Below are positions 12,033-24,800 of a stretch of 64,000 bases of DNA, piece after piece (position 1 is the first letter of the stretch; every line of letters begins with the position of its first letter). The position numbers and the translations under genes were made by a program. The DNA comes from Balanoglossus misakiensis (Eukaryota; Animalia; Hemichordata). The notes under the pieces are model-generated. The model did not search any database. It saw only the letters and a program-made list of their open reading frames with translations, and had not been told where the DNA came from. The stretch is from the NCBI GenBank assembly GCA_040954595.2, contig CM082583.2, positions 1,808,925-1,872,924 of the forward strand. The letters run 5' to 3'.

Positions 12033-13224
12033 AAACACTGCTTTAATTTCTACAATTATTTAGCAAACGGAAGCTTCACTAACACATAGGCGTACACACA
12101 GAGCACGCGGCACGATAATTGTGTGCGTGGCCAGCTGATTGACCGACCCTATCTTATAATTTATATGGGAGAGAGCGGTTTTGTCATGTTATATCCTACA
12201 AAAAGTGACCATATTAAAGTGGAGAAATAATGACCTGATATTTTGTGTGGCTGATCGACCGTCCCTATGTAAGGCCTATATTGGTATGTTATGCAAGACA
12301 CACTATTCGAAATAACGCCTGTCCGACAGTCCGAGACTGGTTGTTTTTCCATCAGACTGATAGTAAAAAAGTTACCAGTCCGGCGGACAGGTTGAATTTA
12401 GCGTGGAGTTGACTTGTTTGCGGTATCATAGACGTACGTGACCCCATCGTGACCCTGGCTGTCCGGGATAGCACCACCAACGATATCTTTTAGACCATCC
12501 TCTGTTTATTAGGCCCCTATTGCAGTAAATTACCGTCCCTATCTTATATTGGAGGGAACGGGTTTGTCTTGGCATGTTATGCAAAACACTTGAAAGATGA
12601 ATTTTTTTTTTAAAAAATGACGTTTATGACATACAGATTTAACCGACCCCATAAGGTCCCAATGGTATATTAACATCATACACCAAATTGGACTTAAAAA
12701 CCAAAAATTGAAAGCCGCTGGAGTTTCTGCGACTATTTACCCAAACGAAGCTTTAGCCTAGTACTAACACACGCAAACAGCACGAGAGCGAACGGTTTTG
12801 TTTTGCTATTTTCTGCAAAAAAAAAAACTTGAATGATCGTGGAATTGAGGTAGTTATAGAAATCATGAATTTAAAGAAAGAAAGAAGTTGATGTATATGA
12901 CGACAAATAATAAATAGACTATTTAGGCCTAATAGGAAAGTTTAAAAACAATGTAATGAAGACTGCTTGAATTTCTGCGACAATGAACTCAACGTAAGCT
13001 GGACACTACTCACTCCGAGCCCGACCTGGTAATTTGTATGTTGTCCATCGAGCGCCTATAGCTTAGACCTATACAGGAGAGAACGGTTTATGAAGTTATA
13101 TTCAACAAAAATATATGATCATGGAATTAAAGAATTTGGAGAAAAAACAATAATTAAAAATGGACGTTTACGACGACAAAAATGAAGACTGTTTAATGCA
13201 AAAGTTAAGAAAAAGGAAAAAGTC

Positions 13225-13344
13225 AAGCCTACGGCACGTGGTATTCCCAGGCGGTCACCCATCCAAGTACTAAGCACGCCCAACGCAGCTTAACTTCGGT
13301 GATCGGACGAGAACCGGTGTATTCGACGTGGTATGGCCGTAGGC
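13225..13344 (-). rRNA. 5S rRNA: 5S rRNA copy 8
   Basis: Full-length copy with one substitution (actaagcac). Confidence 0.94.
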
Positions 13345-14287
13345 AAACATTGCTTGAATTTCTACGATTATTAAGCAAACGGAAGCTTCACTAACACATA
13401 GGCGTACACACAGAGCACGCGGCACGATAATTGTGTGCGTGGCCAGCTGATTGACCGACCCTATCTTATAATTTATATGGGAGAGAGCTGTTTTGTCTTG
13501 TTATATCCTACAAAAAGTGACCATATTAAAGTGGAGAAATAATGACCTGATATTTTGTGTGGCCGATCGACCGTCCCTATCTAAGGCCTATATTGGTATG
13601 TTATGCAAGACACACTATTCGAAATAACGCCTGTCCGACAGTCCGAGACTGGTTGTTTTTCCATCAGACTGATAGTAAAAAAGTTACCAGTCCGGCGGAC
13701 AGGTTGAATTTAGCGTGGAGTTGACTTGTTTGCGGTATCATAGACGTACCTGACCCCATCGTGACCCTGGCTGTCCGGGATAGCACCACCAACGATATAT
13801 TTTAGACCATCCTCTGTTTATTAGGCCCATATTGCAATTAATTACCGTCCCTATCTAATATTGGAGGGAACGGGTTTGTCTTGGCATGTTATGCAAAACA
13901 CTTGAAAGATGAATTTTTTTTAAAAAAATGACGTTTATGACATACAGATTTAACCGACCCCATAAGGTCCCAATGGTATATTAACATCATACACCAAATT
14001 GGACTTAAAAACCAAAAATTGAAAGCCGCTGGAGTTTCTGCGACTATGAACTCAACGTAAGCTGGACACTACTCACTCCGAGCCCGACCTGGTAATTTGT
14101 ATGTTGTCCATCGAGCGCCTATAGCTTAGACCTATACAGGAGAGAACGGTTTATGAAGTTATGTTCAACAAAAATATATGATCATGGAATTAAAGAATTT
14201 GGAGAAAAAACAATAATTAAAAATAGACGTTTACGACGGCAAAAAGGAAGACTGTTTAATGCAAAAGTTAAGAAAAAGGAAAAATTC

Positions 14288-14394
14288 AAGCCTACGGCAA
14301 GAGGTATTCCCAGGCGGTCACCCATCCAAGTACTAACCACGCCCAACGCAGCTTAACTTCGGTGATCGGACGAGAACCGGTGTATTCGACGAGG
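14288..14394 (-). pseudogene. 5S copy lacking its 5' ~13 nt and proximal upstream region
   Basis: Junction ...ttcgacgagg|aagcttcac, plus extra substitutions (cggcaagagg). Confidence 0.9.
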
Positions 14395-14632
14395 AAGCTT
14401 CACTAACACATAGGCGTACACACAGAGCACGCGGCACGATAATTGTGTGCGTGGCCAGCTGATTGACCGACCCTATCTTATAATTTATATGGGAGAGAGC
14501 GGTTTTGTCTTGTTATATCCTAGAAAAAGTGACCATATTAAAGATTTCGAGGCGACGTCGCCAGACGCGTTCCAGCGACGCGACTACATCATACACACGA
14601 GGCAACTCATCGAGTTGCCTACCGAGTTGCCT

Positions 14633-14755
14633 GTATCAGGTATGGTGCCTCATCGGCCTCATAGCGTTTAGTCTGCACAGTCTTTGTCAGCACCACGTTG
14701 CTGAAGTTGCCCGTCATCTGGAGATTTGAATGCGAACGTAACTGCCGCCTGAGCG
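14633..14755. repeat. Dispersed repeat, with related copies at ~20231-20370 and ~52462-52680 in the opposite orientation
   Basis: Shared motifs tgaggctgatgaggcaccatacctgata and gcccgtcatctgga. Confidence 0.75.
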
Positions 14756-15439
14756 GGGTTAGGGACCGTTCAGTTTTTACGGCTGGAGGGGGGGGGGGCC
14801 GGCAAGTTTGTGTCATCGGTTTTCAAAATCAGGCCGACCCCCCCTTCACCCAGCACCAAAAAATGACGACCCCCCTTTGACAGACCCAAAAATATGATGA
14901 CCCCCCCCCCACGCCGAAAACATTCACCGTCCTGATCCTATGTACACTGTATCCAATAAAGGGAATGAGGCTCCTCACACCTCAATTATATAAATTTCTT
15001 AAAAGTAATTGAAGTATATAATAGTATATCGTTGCAATAAAGAAATCTATGATCAAAATAAAATGACAAGTCAATACAATAGTTGCTAGAATTGGTGGCG
15101 GAGGTGGGCTTGGGAGGGGGTGTCCCCCTCCCACATAAGAAAATTTTGTAAAATACGGTGCTCAAAGTTGCATTTTAATGAACTCAAAAGCAAATTAATG
15201 TTAGGCCGGAAAAAAATAAATTTTGGCACTCCACTCAAAGTAAGCATCGGGGTGGGGTGGCAAGAAGTCTGCCCTGGTACACTTGACAAACCAGCGAATA
15301 AATGATATGTGGCGAAGTATAGAGGGGGTGGGTGTGGGAGGGAAACTATATTCAATTGTTCACCGTCATGGGGTGCCTTCCAGCACCAAAGTTGATGGTG
15401 GCCTACGATTGGCCGCTGCAGGGTGGTGACAGACAAATG

Positions 15440-16031
15440 TGTATAAACTGTGTTTGCAGTAGAATGGGACACCAGATAATTATGCAAAGCACAGCAGGCT
15501 AAAACAACACTTTGTACAGTGTCTGGGGGAAGATTGATTGCTGTCTGAAATATTCTAAAACCAATGGCCAGCATACCAAAAGCATTCTCAACAACTCTTC
15601 TGGCCCTGGAGAGTCTGTTATTACACAATCTCTTCTCCAAGGAAAGTTGGCGGTATGGGTATGGCATCAGCCACTACCATGTATGGCAAGCATTCGGCTG
15701 TACCAGGTAGTGGTGCAGGCTTTCGTACTTTAAGAGCATTTGTTTCCAAAGCAGATGACAAAGAACAAGCTTTATACACACCCCAATCACTAATTCGACC
15801 CTGACATCCAACATCTACATATGTAAATTTATAATGGGCATCAACAAGGCCCATTAGCACAATACTGAAAGTATGTTTGTAGTTGTCGTAAATACTCCCA
15901 CGGTTTGCTGGCTTTCTGATTACAACATGCTTGTCATCTAGGGCACCAATGCAGTTCGGAAAGTTCCATCTGTCTTCAAAGTCCTTTGCGATTTTGGCCC
16001 AATCTTCTGTTGTACTTGGAGTCTGAAACAA
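15440..16031 (-). pseudogene. PIF/Harbinger (HARBI1-like DDE) transposase fragment, copy 1
   Basis: WNFPNCIGALDDKH, NYKHTFSIVLMGLVDA.YKF, RLSRARRVVENAFGML, CCALHNY; frameshifted, with conserved Gly residues mutated. Confidence 0.9.
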
Positions 16032-17222
16032 ACATGGGATGCTAAAAAGTTAGATTCAACGATGTGCATAATGAAGTCATGTTAAATTACAGTCCTCCGA
16101 GGGCGTCATCTTCAGTCAAGCATACGCTCAACCACAGTGTTCTCCGTAAGACGAAACGTACTGACCTAAACAGTGGTTCATTTCTACAGATTGCGATGTC
16201 CTTCAATGACACTCATGATCCTGTCAATTAGATGGAGGCAGTTTTGCTGCTCAGATGTGTGCAGTTGACGCGTTACTTTTTAGAAATTGGCCACAGTGGG
16301 CGTGGCGTGTCAGCATGAACGCGCGGCAAGCCATTCCCGAACCAACACAGATATGTCAAACATTTTCCCATTATTGAGATGTGTGTTAGATCAAATGAAT
16401 GTTTAAACATAAATACAGAATGTTGTTCTGTAAAAATGTCAATGTAACAGACTGCTATTAATTTTCACTTGATATTCCGCACCTGGCAAATGGGAGTTAT
16501 TATATTTTACGTTGATTTGATTTCTTTCGCTCTTTAGGAGTCGTTCATTTCTGATGAGTGGGTATTATCCCTTCAGAACAGGAATGCAGGTAAAGAAACA
16601 AGGATGCTAGAGTTAAGTAGACGTGGCCACAGAGGCTTTTGTGCGTTCAGCCTGTACTTTGGTATTAACCCGTAGGGGACTATATCATCGGAAATGACAA
16701 TTTCATTCGCGAATGCCCGTAGAAATGCAATTCTCAACACAAATAACCACAGTTCTGAGTTTTGAAGAACGCTTCCCTTGTCAGGCAAAGGGTCGGAGAT
16801 GCACAATAAAACTTACACGAACGCGACTGTACTTTTCTACCAGGCAATGTTTACATAAAGATGAGGTGTTTAAAGGCTTACATGTTATTCGCACAAAACT
16901 GCGAGATTTGTGTCATTTTCATTTCACAAGAGCACCGAAAATATGAAAGCCTTAGTGACATTTAAATTGCTTTATTCCTTAGCACCACGTTGTTCAACCC
17001 TTATCTCCCTACGGTCTCCCTACTGACTTGACTCTTCTGCCACAGGCACTCAAACCACTGGGCTACAATACTCACATGATAGGAAAGTAAGTATGTCAGT
17101 TAAATGTGACGTTTCCATCCCCGGGAAACTATATTCAATTGTTCACCGTCATGGGGTGCCTTCCAGCACCAAAGTTGATGGTGGCCTACGATTGGCCGCT
17201 GCAGGGTGGTGACAGACAAATG

Positions 17223-17814
17223 TGTATAAACTGTGTTTGCAGTAGAATGGGACACCAGATAATTATGCAAAGCACAGCAGGCTAAAACAACACTTTGTAC
17301 AGTGTCTGGGGGAAGATTGATTGCTGTCTGAAATATTCTAAAACCAATGGCCAGCATACCAAAAGCATTCTCAACAACTCTTCTGGCCCTGGAGAGTCTG
17401 TTATTACACAATCTCTTCTCCAAGGAAAGTTGGCGGTATGGGTATGGCATCAGCCATTACCATGTATGGCAAGCATTCGGCTGTACCAGGTAGTGGTGCA
17501 GGCTTTCGTACTTTAAGAGCATTTGTTTCCAAAGCAGATGACAAAGAACAAGCTTTATACACACCCCAATCACTAATTCGACCCTGACATCCAACATCTA
17601 CATATGTAAATTTATAATGGGCATCAACAAGGCCCATTAGCACAATACTGAAAGTATCTTTGTAGTTGTCGTAAATACTCCCACGGTTTGCTGGCTTTCT
17701 GATTACAACATGCTTGTCATCTAGGGCACCAATGCAGTTCGGAAAGTTCCATCTGTCTTCAAAGTCCTTTGCGATTTTGGCCCAATCTTCTGTTGTACTT
17801 GGAGTCTGAAACAA
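17223..17814 (-). pseudogene. Harbinger transposase fragment, copy 2
   Basis: Tandem duplicate of 15440-16031. Confidence 0.9.
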
Positions 17815-19005
17815 ACATGGGATGCTAAAAAGTTAGATTCAACGATGTGCATAATGAAGTCATGTTAAATTACAGTCCTCCGAGGGCGTCATCTTCAGTC
17901 AAGCATACGCTCAACCACAGTGTTCTCCGTAAGACGAAACGTACTGACCTAAACAGTGGTTCATTTCTACAGATTGCGATGTCCTTCAATGACACTCATG
18001 ATCCTGTCAATTAGATGGAGGCAGTTTTGCTGCTCAGATGTGTGCAGTTGACGCGTTACTTTTTAGAAATTGGCCACAGTGGGCGTGGCGTGTCAGCATG
18101 AACGCGCGGCAAGCCATTCCCGAACCAACACAGATATGTCAAACATTTTCCCATTATTGAGATGTGTGTTAGATCAAATGAATGTTTAAACATAAATACA
18201 GAATGTTGTTCTGTAAAAATGTCAATGTAACAGACTGCTATTAATTTCCACTTGATATTCCGCACCTGGCAAATGGGAGTTATTATATTTTACGTTGATT
18301 TGATTTCTTTCGCTCTTTAGGAGTCGTTCATTTCTGATGAGTGGGTATTATCCCTTCAGAACAGGAATGCAGGTAAAGAAACAAGGATGCTAGAGTTAAG
18401 TAGACGTGGCCACAGAGGCTTTTGTGCGTTCAGCCTGTACTTTGGTATTAACCCGTAGGGGACTATATCATCGGAAATGACAATTTCATTCGCGAATGCC
18501 CGTAGAAATGCAATTCTCAACACAAATAACCACAGTTCTGAGTTTTGAAGAACGCTTCCCTTGTCAGGCAAAGGGTCGGAGATGCACAATAAAACTTACA
18601 CGAACGCGACTGTACTTTTCTACCAGGCAATGTTTACATAAAGATGAGGTGTTTAAAGGCTTACATGTTATTCGCACAAAACTGCGAGATTTGTGTCATT
18701 TTCATTTCACAAGAGCACCGAAAATATGAAAGCCTTAGTGACATTTAAATTGCTTTATTCCTTAGCACCACGTTGTTCAACCCTTATCTCCCTACGGTCT
18801 CCCTACCGACTTGACTCTTCTGCCACAGGCACTCAAACCACTGGGCTACAATACTCACATGATAGGAAAGTAAGTATGTCAGTTAAATGTGACGTTTCCA
18901 TCCCCGGGAAACTATATTCAATTGTTCACCGTCATGGGGTGCCTTCCAGCACCAAAGTTGATGGTGGCCTACGATTGGCCGCTGCAGGGTGGTGACAGAC
19001 AAATG

Positions 19006-19597
19006 TGTATAAACTGTGTTTGCAGTAGAATGGGACACCAGATAATTATGCAAAGCACAGCAGGCTAAAACAACACTTTGTACAGTGTCTGGGGGAAGAT
19101 TGATTGCTGTCTGAAATATTCTAAAACCAATGGCCAGCATACCAAAAGCATTCTCAACAACTCTTCTGGCCCTGGAGAGTCTGTTATTACACAATCTCTT
19201 CTCCAAGGAAAGTTGGCGGTATGGGTATGGCATCAGCCATTACCATGTATGGCAAGCATTCGGCTGTACCAGGTAGTGGTGCAGGCTTTCGTACTTTAAG
19301 AGCATTTGTTTCCAAAGCAGATGACAAAGAACAAACTTTATACACACCCCAATCACTAATTCGACCCTGACATCCAACATCTACATATGTAAATTTATAA
19401 TGGGCATCAACAAGGCCCATTAGCACAATACTGAAAGTATGTTTGTAGTTGTCGTAAATACTCCCACGGTTTGCTGGCTTTCTGATTACAACATGCTTGT
19501 CATCTAGGGCACCAATGCAGTTCGGAAAGTTCCATCTGTCTTCAAAGTCCTTTGCGATTTTGGCCCAATCTTCTGTTGTACTTGGAGTCTGAAACAA
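19006..19597 (-). pseudogene. Harbinger transposase fragment, copy 3
   Basis: Tandem duplicate of 15440-16031. Confidence 0.9.
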
Positions 19598-19796
19598 ACA
19601 TGGGATGCTAAAAAGTTAGATTCAACGATGTGCATAATGAAGTCATGTTAAATTACAGTCCTCTGACAGCATTTTCAGTTCCTTGGTTTTTTAAATAACA
19701 TTTTTTTAAATGGTGGTAAACAAACTGAATTAGCACACTTTGAATAAAAATGTCCCTGAACCGGAAAATGGTACAAGTGTATTTTGTTTTTTTCAG

Positions 19797-20216
19797 TGTT
19801 CCCAAGATTCGGATGGATCCATTTCAGAGGACCATGATGAAGTTGTAGAGAGTCAACATGTTGAACCTGGACCATCTCGCAAAAGAAAGAAGCAAGATGA
19901 TACAAGCTTTATGTTGTCCAGCATGGCTGCGGCGTGCCATAAAATTGCGAATAAAAATGAAACAACACGTTCTTCATCTTCGGATGAAGCTTTCGACAAC
20001 TATGTTGCTCGCGAGCTCGCAGCTAGCGAAAACATAAAAGCCAAAGCTTTGGCAAAGATGAAGATAACAGAGATAATTACTCAAATTTTTTGGGGGAAAT
20101 TTAATTTGCCTAGATACGAACCATTTAGATATCACACACCACCACCACCTGCCACACAAACATACCCTTCTGGCCCAACCCCATACACCAGTACCCCAGC
20201 CCACCATTCTACTTAA
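19797..20216 (+). pseudogene. Probable last exon of the Harbinger accessory (MADF/Myb-type) protein with BESS-like motif
   Basis: Acidic linker, basic RKRKK and DEAFDNYVAREL...KALAKMKITEII; adjacent to the transposase remnant. Confidence 0.55.
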
Positions 20217-21852
20217 TGCACATACACTCCTAGACAAAGACTGCACGGTGCAGACGAATTGCAATGAGGCTGATGAGGCACCATACCTGATGATACAAGT
20301 AAAAACATACTCGGAAAAACTTTTACTGGATGCCGAAATATTGCTTGCCCGTCACCTGAAAATGACAACGCGAATCAGAGCGCGATCTCAAACAGATTTG
20401 GAGAGACGTCTTGACCGTGTCTCTGAAAATCCAAAGGTCATTGACGGCGCCCTCTGGAGAGGCAACAAACGATATTGTACAACAATTGCCCAATTTGTAT
20501 GCATTGCTAGAATCTGATAAAATACGCATTATAAAATCTGTCAAGGAGTGTATCTCAAATGTTAATCAAATCTTATTTGCCAAGAACCAGACTAAGCGGG
20601 TTTTTTCCACTGAAATGACCCAGACTTTGATTATGTAAATTAGCATGCCAAAAGAGTACGTCGTTCGACGATAAAATATAGAGTCCTTCACATATTCACT
20701 GACATCCTTAATTTATTTGTGTAATTACTGATATTCGACTTCTTATGTATTAACCCGTTACTGACATTCGCCATTTCTCTCATAAATTGCATGTCAAGCG
20801 TCGCCAGCGAAAGCATGTGGTCGCTGATGGTTGAAGATGTATGTCTGCAGTTCAAATAACCGGACCAGATTGTTCGAAAAAAGTTGCAGACATGCAAACA
20901 CCCTGTTTTCTTTGGTTTGAACCCTCCTTATGACCGGCACAATCAGAAAATATAGCAATGTATATCAACACAATTAATCAAAGAATAGAAGTATAAACTA
21001 CATTGTTCCTTTTACATGCATTAATCACGCTAGGTCTACGCCTTCTGATGCGATAAGACGTATTATCGCTTACAGCCGTTCAAGATGTGTATTAAACCTG
21101 GATTGGTGGTTCATTGACCACGCTGACCCTATATAGGTGAACACGAATAAGATCAGCACTTGGTCGATTTCCGCAGGGACTCATGGCGACTCAGGGTATT
21201 CCGCAGGTATGAAGCAAATTTTTTGGTTTCCTAAGTTAGCTTTTTGTTCACAGGTCGAGGATATTAACGTCACTGACAAGCATGTTTCTGTACACTTTTT
21301 CTCTTGATCTCTCGGACAGCTCTATTATAGTACAGGGTGACTAGGATGGTGGTCAGCTGCGCTAATGTATTCACGCACGTTTTGTGATATTTTGATTCGT
21401 CCCCTGTCATTATTCACCTGACACCGTTTTGATTGCTTCAAATGCAAATATGCAAGTCCACATTTCCCCCGGCGATTTCAACGCGCCAGTACGCTCGACG
21501 TAGCCTGTCTGAAAAAAAACGCCAGCTTCGGGCTGTTCATTTCCATTATGATGCATCAAGGTCGTCAGAATAACACGAGAAAACTGACCCAATTCAAGGC
21601 TAGGATTGCCACAACAAAAACAGCGATAAGAGCTGACTAAGTGCCATAACTCTGCAAGTCCCATTGTCATTCATCGTTGATTTATTACTGACAACTCAGT
21701 GATATACGACTACAGTCACCTTCAGCTATACCGAGTTTCTGAGTACATGTACCTCTAGTACCGACACCTTAACGCTGGTGTGACTGACTGAGGTCGAGCA
21801 AAGTTCACAGCGGACGTATTACCACTGATCAGTAAAATTCAATTTCTTTCAG

Positions 21853-24800
21853 GCGCCCGCATACGATGAGGGAGGCACAGAACCAAAAGAGAAGGTACAT
21901 CTTAAACCCGCGCTGTCAAAATCCTACAGTGGAGGAGACGGGGAGAAAAGTACCCAGGCTGCTGAAGGGAAAGTGTATGTCTACACATCCTGGCAAACCT
22001 GCGTTGTCGCTACCCTATTCTTCTGTCTCTTTTCCGCCGCAGTTGTCATGGCAGTGGTTCTGATACGTAAGCTCTTATAGTTCATTGCTTTTAACGCGTA
22101 AGCTATATGTTGACGATAGACACATCCATGTACAACAGTGACCTAAACGCAGCAAACAATTTCTTTTTATTTATATTCTGAACGCACGCTAGAAGGCTTG
22201 ATCTGCTTGTTCAGACCATGATGATAAATTTCTTGAATTAAAATTGTTCAATACTCTTTAAGGTCAAAGTGGATGTGGAACTTGAGCACGGAAACCACCT
22301 CATATTATATTCTTCCTAGCGGATGATTTAGGTGAGCACGTGATACAATTTATCGCACACGCTACATAATTGTTCTCGCGAGACACAGTTAGTGACCAAG
22401 CTTCTATATAATGGTATGTCAGATTCATTTCTGGACAAAGACAAAGTTAAAATCTTACATTATTCCTCGATTTGGTTTTGAGGTGAGTTCCAGTCGTTAG
22501 GTAAATCTGATTACAAACAACAACAACAAGTATGATTGATCATCATTAAGTACTTGTACTTCCCCGCTTTATTCATTTCAGGTTGGTACGACGTCGGTTA
22601 CCATAATCCAGAAATGTGTACACCGAACATGGACAGGCTCGCCTCCGAGGGCGTCATCTTCAGTCAAGCATACGCTCAACCACAGTGTTCTCCGTAAGAC
22701 GAAACGTACTGACCTAAACAGTGGTTCATTTCTACAGATTGCGGTGTCCTTCAATGACACTCATGATCCTGTCAATTAGATGGAGGCAGTTTTGCTGCTC
22801 AGATGTGTGCAGTTGACGCGTTACTTTTTAGAAATTGGCCACAGTGGGCGTGGCGTGTCAGCATGAACGCGCGGCAAGCCATTCCCGAACCAACACAGAT
22901 ATGTCAAACATTTTCCCATTATTGAGATGTGTGTTAGATCAAATGAATGTTTAAACATAAATACAGAATGTTGTTCTGTAAAAATGTCAGTGTAACAGAC
23001 TGCTATTAATTTCCACTTGATATTCCGCACCTGGCAAATGGGAGTTATTATATTTTACGTTGATTTGATTTCTTTCGCTCTTTAGGAGTCGTTCATCTCT
23101 GATGAGTGGGTATTATACCTTCAGAACAGGAATGCAGGTAAAGAAACAAGGATGCTAGAGTTAAGTAGACGTGGCCACAGAGGCTTTTGTGCGTTCAGCC
23201 TGTACTTTGGTATTAACCCGTAGGGGACTCTATCATCGGAAATGATAATTTCATTCGCGAATGCCCGTAGAAATGCAATTCTCAACACAAATAACCACAG
23301 TTCTGAGTTTTGAAGAACGCTTCCCTTGTCAGGCAAAGGGTCGGAGATGCACAATAAAACTTACACGAACGCGACTGTACTTTTCTACCAGGCAATGTTT
23401 ACATAAAGATGAGGTGTTTAAAGGCTTACATGTTATTCGCACAAAACTGCGAGATTTGTGTCATTTTCATTTCACAAGAGCACCGAAAATATGAAAGCCT
23501 TAGTGACATTTAATTTGCTTTATTCCTTAGCACCACGTTGTTCAACCCTTATCTCCCTACGGTCTCCCTACCGACTTGACTCTTCTGCCACAGGCACTCA
23601 GACCACTGGGCTACAATACTCACATGATAGGAAAGTAAGTATGTCAGTTAAATGTGACGTTTCCATCCCCGGGAAACTATATTAAATTTATGGAGTGTAA
23701 TTCATGCCAAAATTAGCACCAAGCTTTTCGATGAGAACACCCTCTTTTCGATTAAAGAGCGCCCCTCTTTTCGATGAGAGCACCCTCTTTTCGATGAGAG
23801 TACCTCAGCTTTTCGATTACAGTATTCACTTTTCGATGAGAACACCCTCTTTTCGATTAAAGAGCGCCCCTCTTTTCGATGAGAGTACCTCAGCTTTTCG
23901 ATTACAGTATTCACTTTTCGATGAGAACACCCTCTTTTCGATTAAAGAGCGCCCCAGACGCCCTAGTTCACTGAAGAGTTTTTACAACTTGGCCCGCTGG
24001 CGTTTTGCCTACGTCACAACGCGTCATGGCTACGTCACAACGCGTCACTGGAATTTCCATCAAATTTATAGTAATATGCTAGGGAGATCAGTAAACCGGA
24101 AGGTCAAACTTTGACCATGTGCATGGGAAACGGCTTCAAAACACGAACCGTTCACCGTGTTGACGCCAGGCCGGAGAAGTGGTTCAGCAGAGAACAAAAC
24201 CGGCCAGTAGATTGAGGAAAATAGCACAGAATCTCGAGTTCATGGAATCTGAGCTAACTTTGCGAAACATGGCGATACCATTATTAAAATAGGGGCCAGT
24301 CATCAAGACGGTGGCGTATGATTTTTTTAAAAGTTTCCAAATTAAAACGTAAGCGAGCCAAGAAAACTACAGGTCAGATAAATTGTTTTCTCGGAAATTC
24401 AACATTAGAATCAAATTTGGCGTTGGAAACAAACGGCGGGTCACCAGTTCCTGGTCTGCGGCCTGGTACTAGTGGTTGCGCGCCAAAAAAGAATCCCGCC
24501 CCAAAAGGTCAATGTACGAGTATATTCACAGGGCGAAGGATTAGTTGAAACAAATCAGTAGTGTCTGTAAGCTTTCGAGGGTCAAACACTGATGGGTATG
24601 GCAAGTCTCAGGGGTCTTAAGTATAGCAATAGTAGTATTTAATGTTGAAGTAGTACGATTATATTTTGATTCGTTAATATATTATAAATAAATAGTAGTA
24701 TTTAATGTTGAAGTAGTACGATTATATTTTGATTCGTTAATATATTATAAATAAATAGTAGTATTTAATGTTGAAGTAGTACGATTATATTTTGATTCGT

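Larger units (their letters stand above)
1..14543 (-). repeat. 5S rDNA tandem array (edge), basic unit ~1065 bp, variants of ~916, ~1310 and ~1411 bp
   Basis: Near-identical spacer + 5S units recur, with 5S left ends at 835, 6141, 7209, 8620, 9687, 10603, 11913, 13225, 14288. The array ends abruptly at ...gaccatattaaag (~14543). Confidence 0.97.
15340..19663. repeat. Chimeric 1783-bp tandem repeat, ~2.4 copies (Harbinger transposase fragment + arylsulfatase exon/intron fragment)
   Basis: gggaaactatattcaattg recurs at 15340, 17123 and 18906. The segment 16094-17222 matches the arylsulfatase gene at 22642-23688 plus 39809-39891. Confidence 0.95.

Noticed and set aside
711-14356. Repeated 60-100 aa ORFs (MGVVSTWMGDRLG..., etc.)
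   Set aside because: They are translations of 5S rRNA genes and spacer, not proteins.
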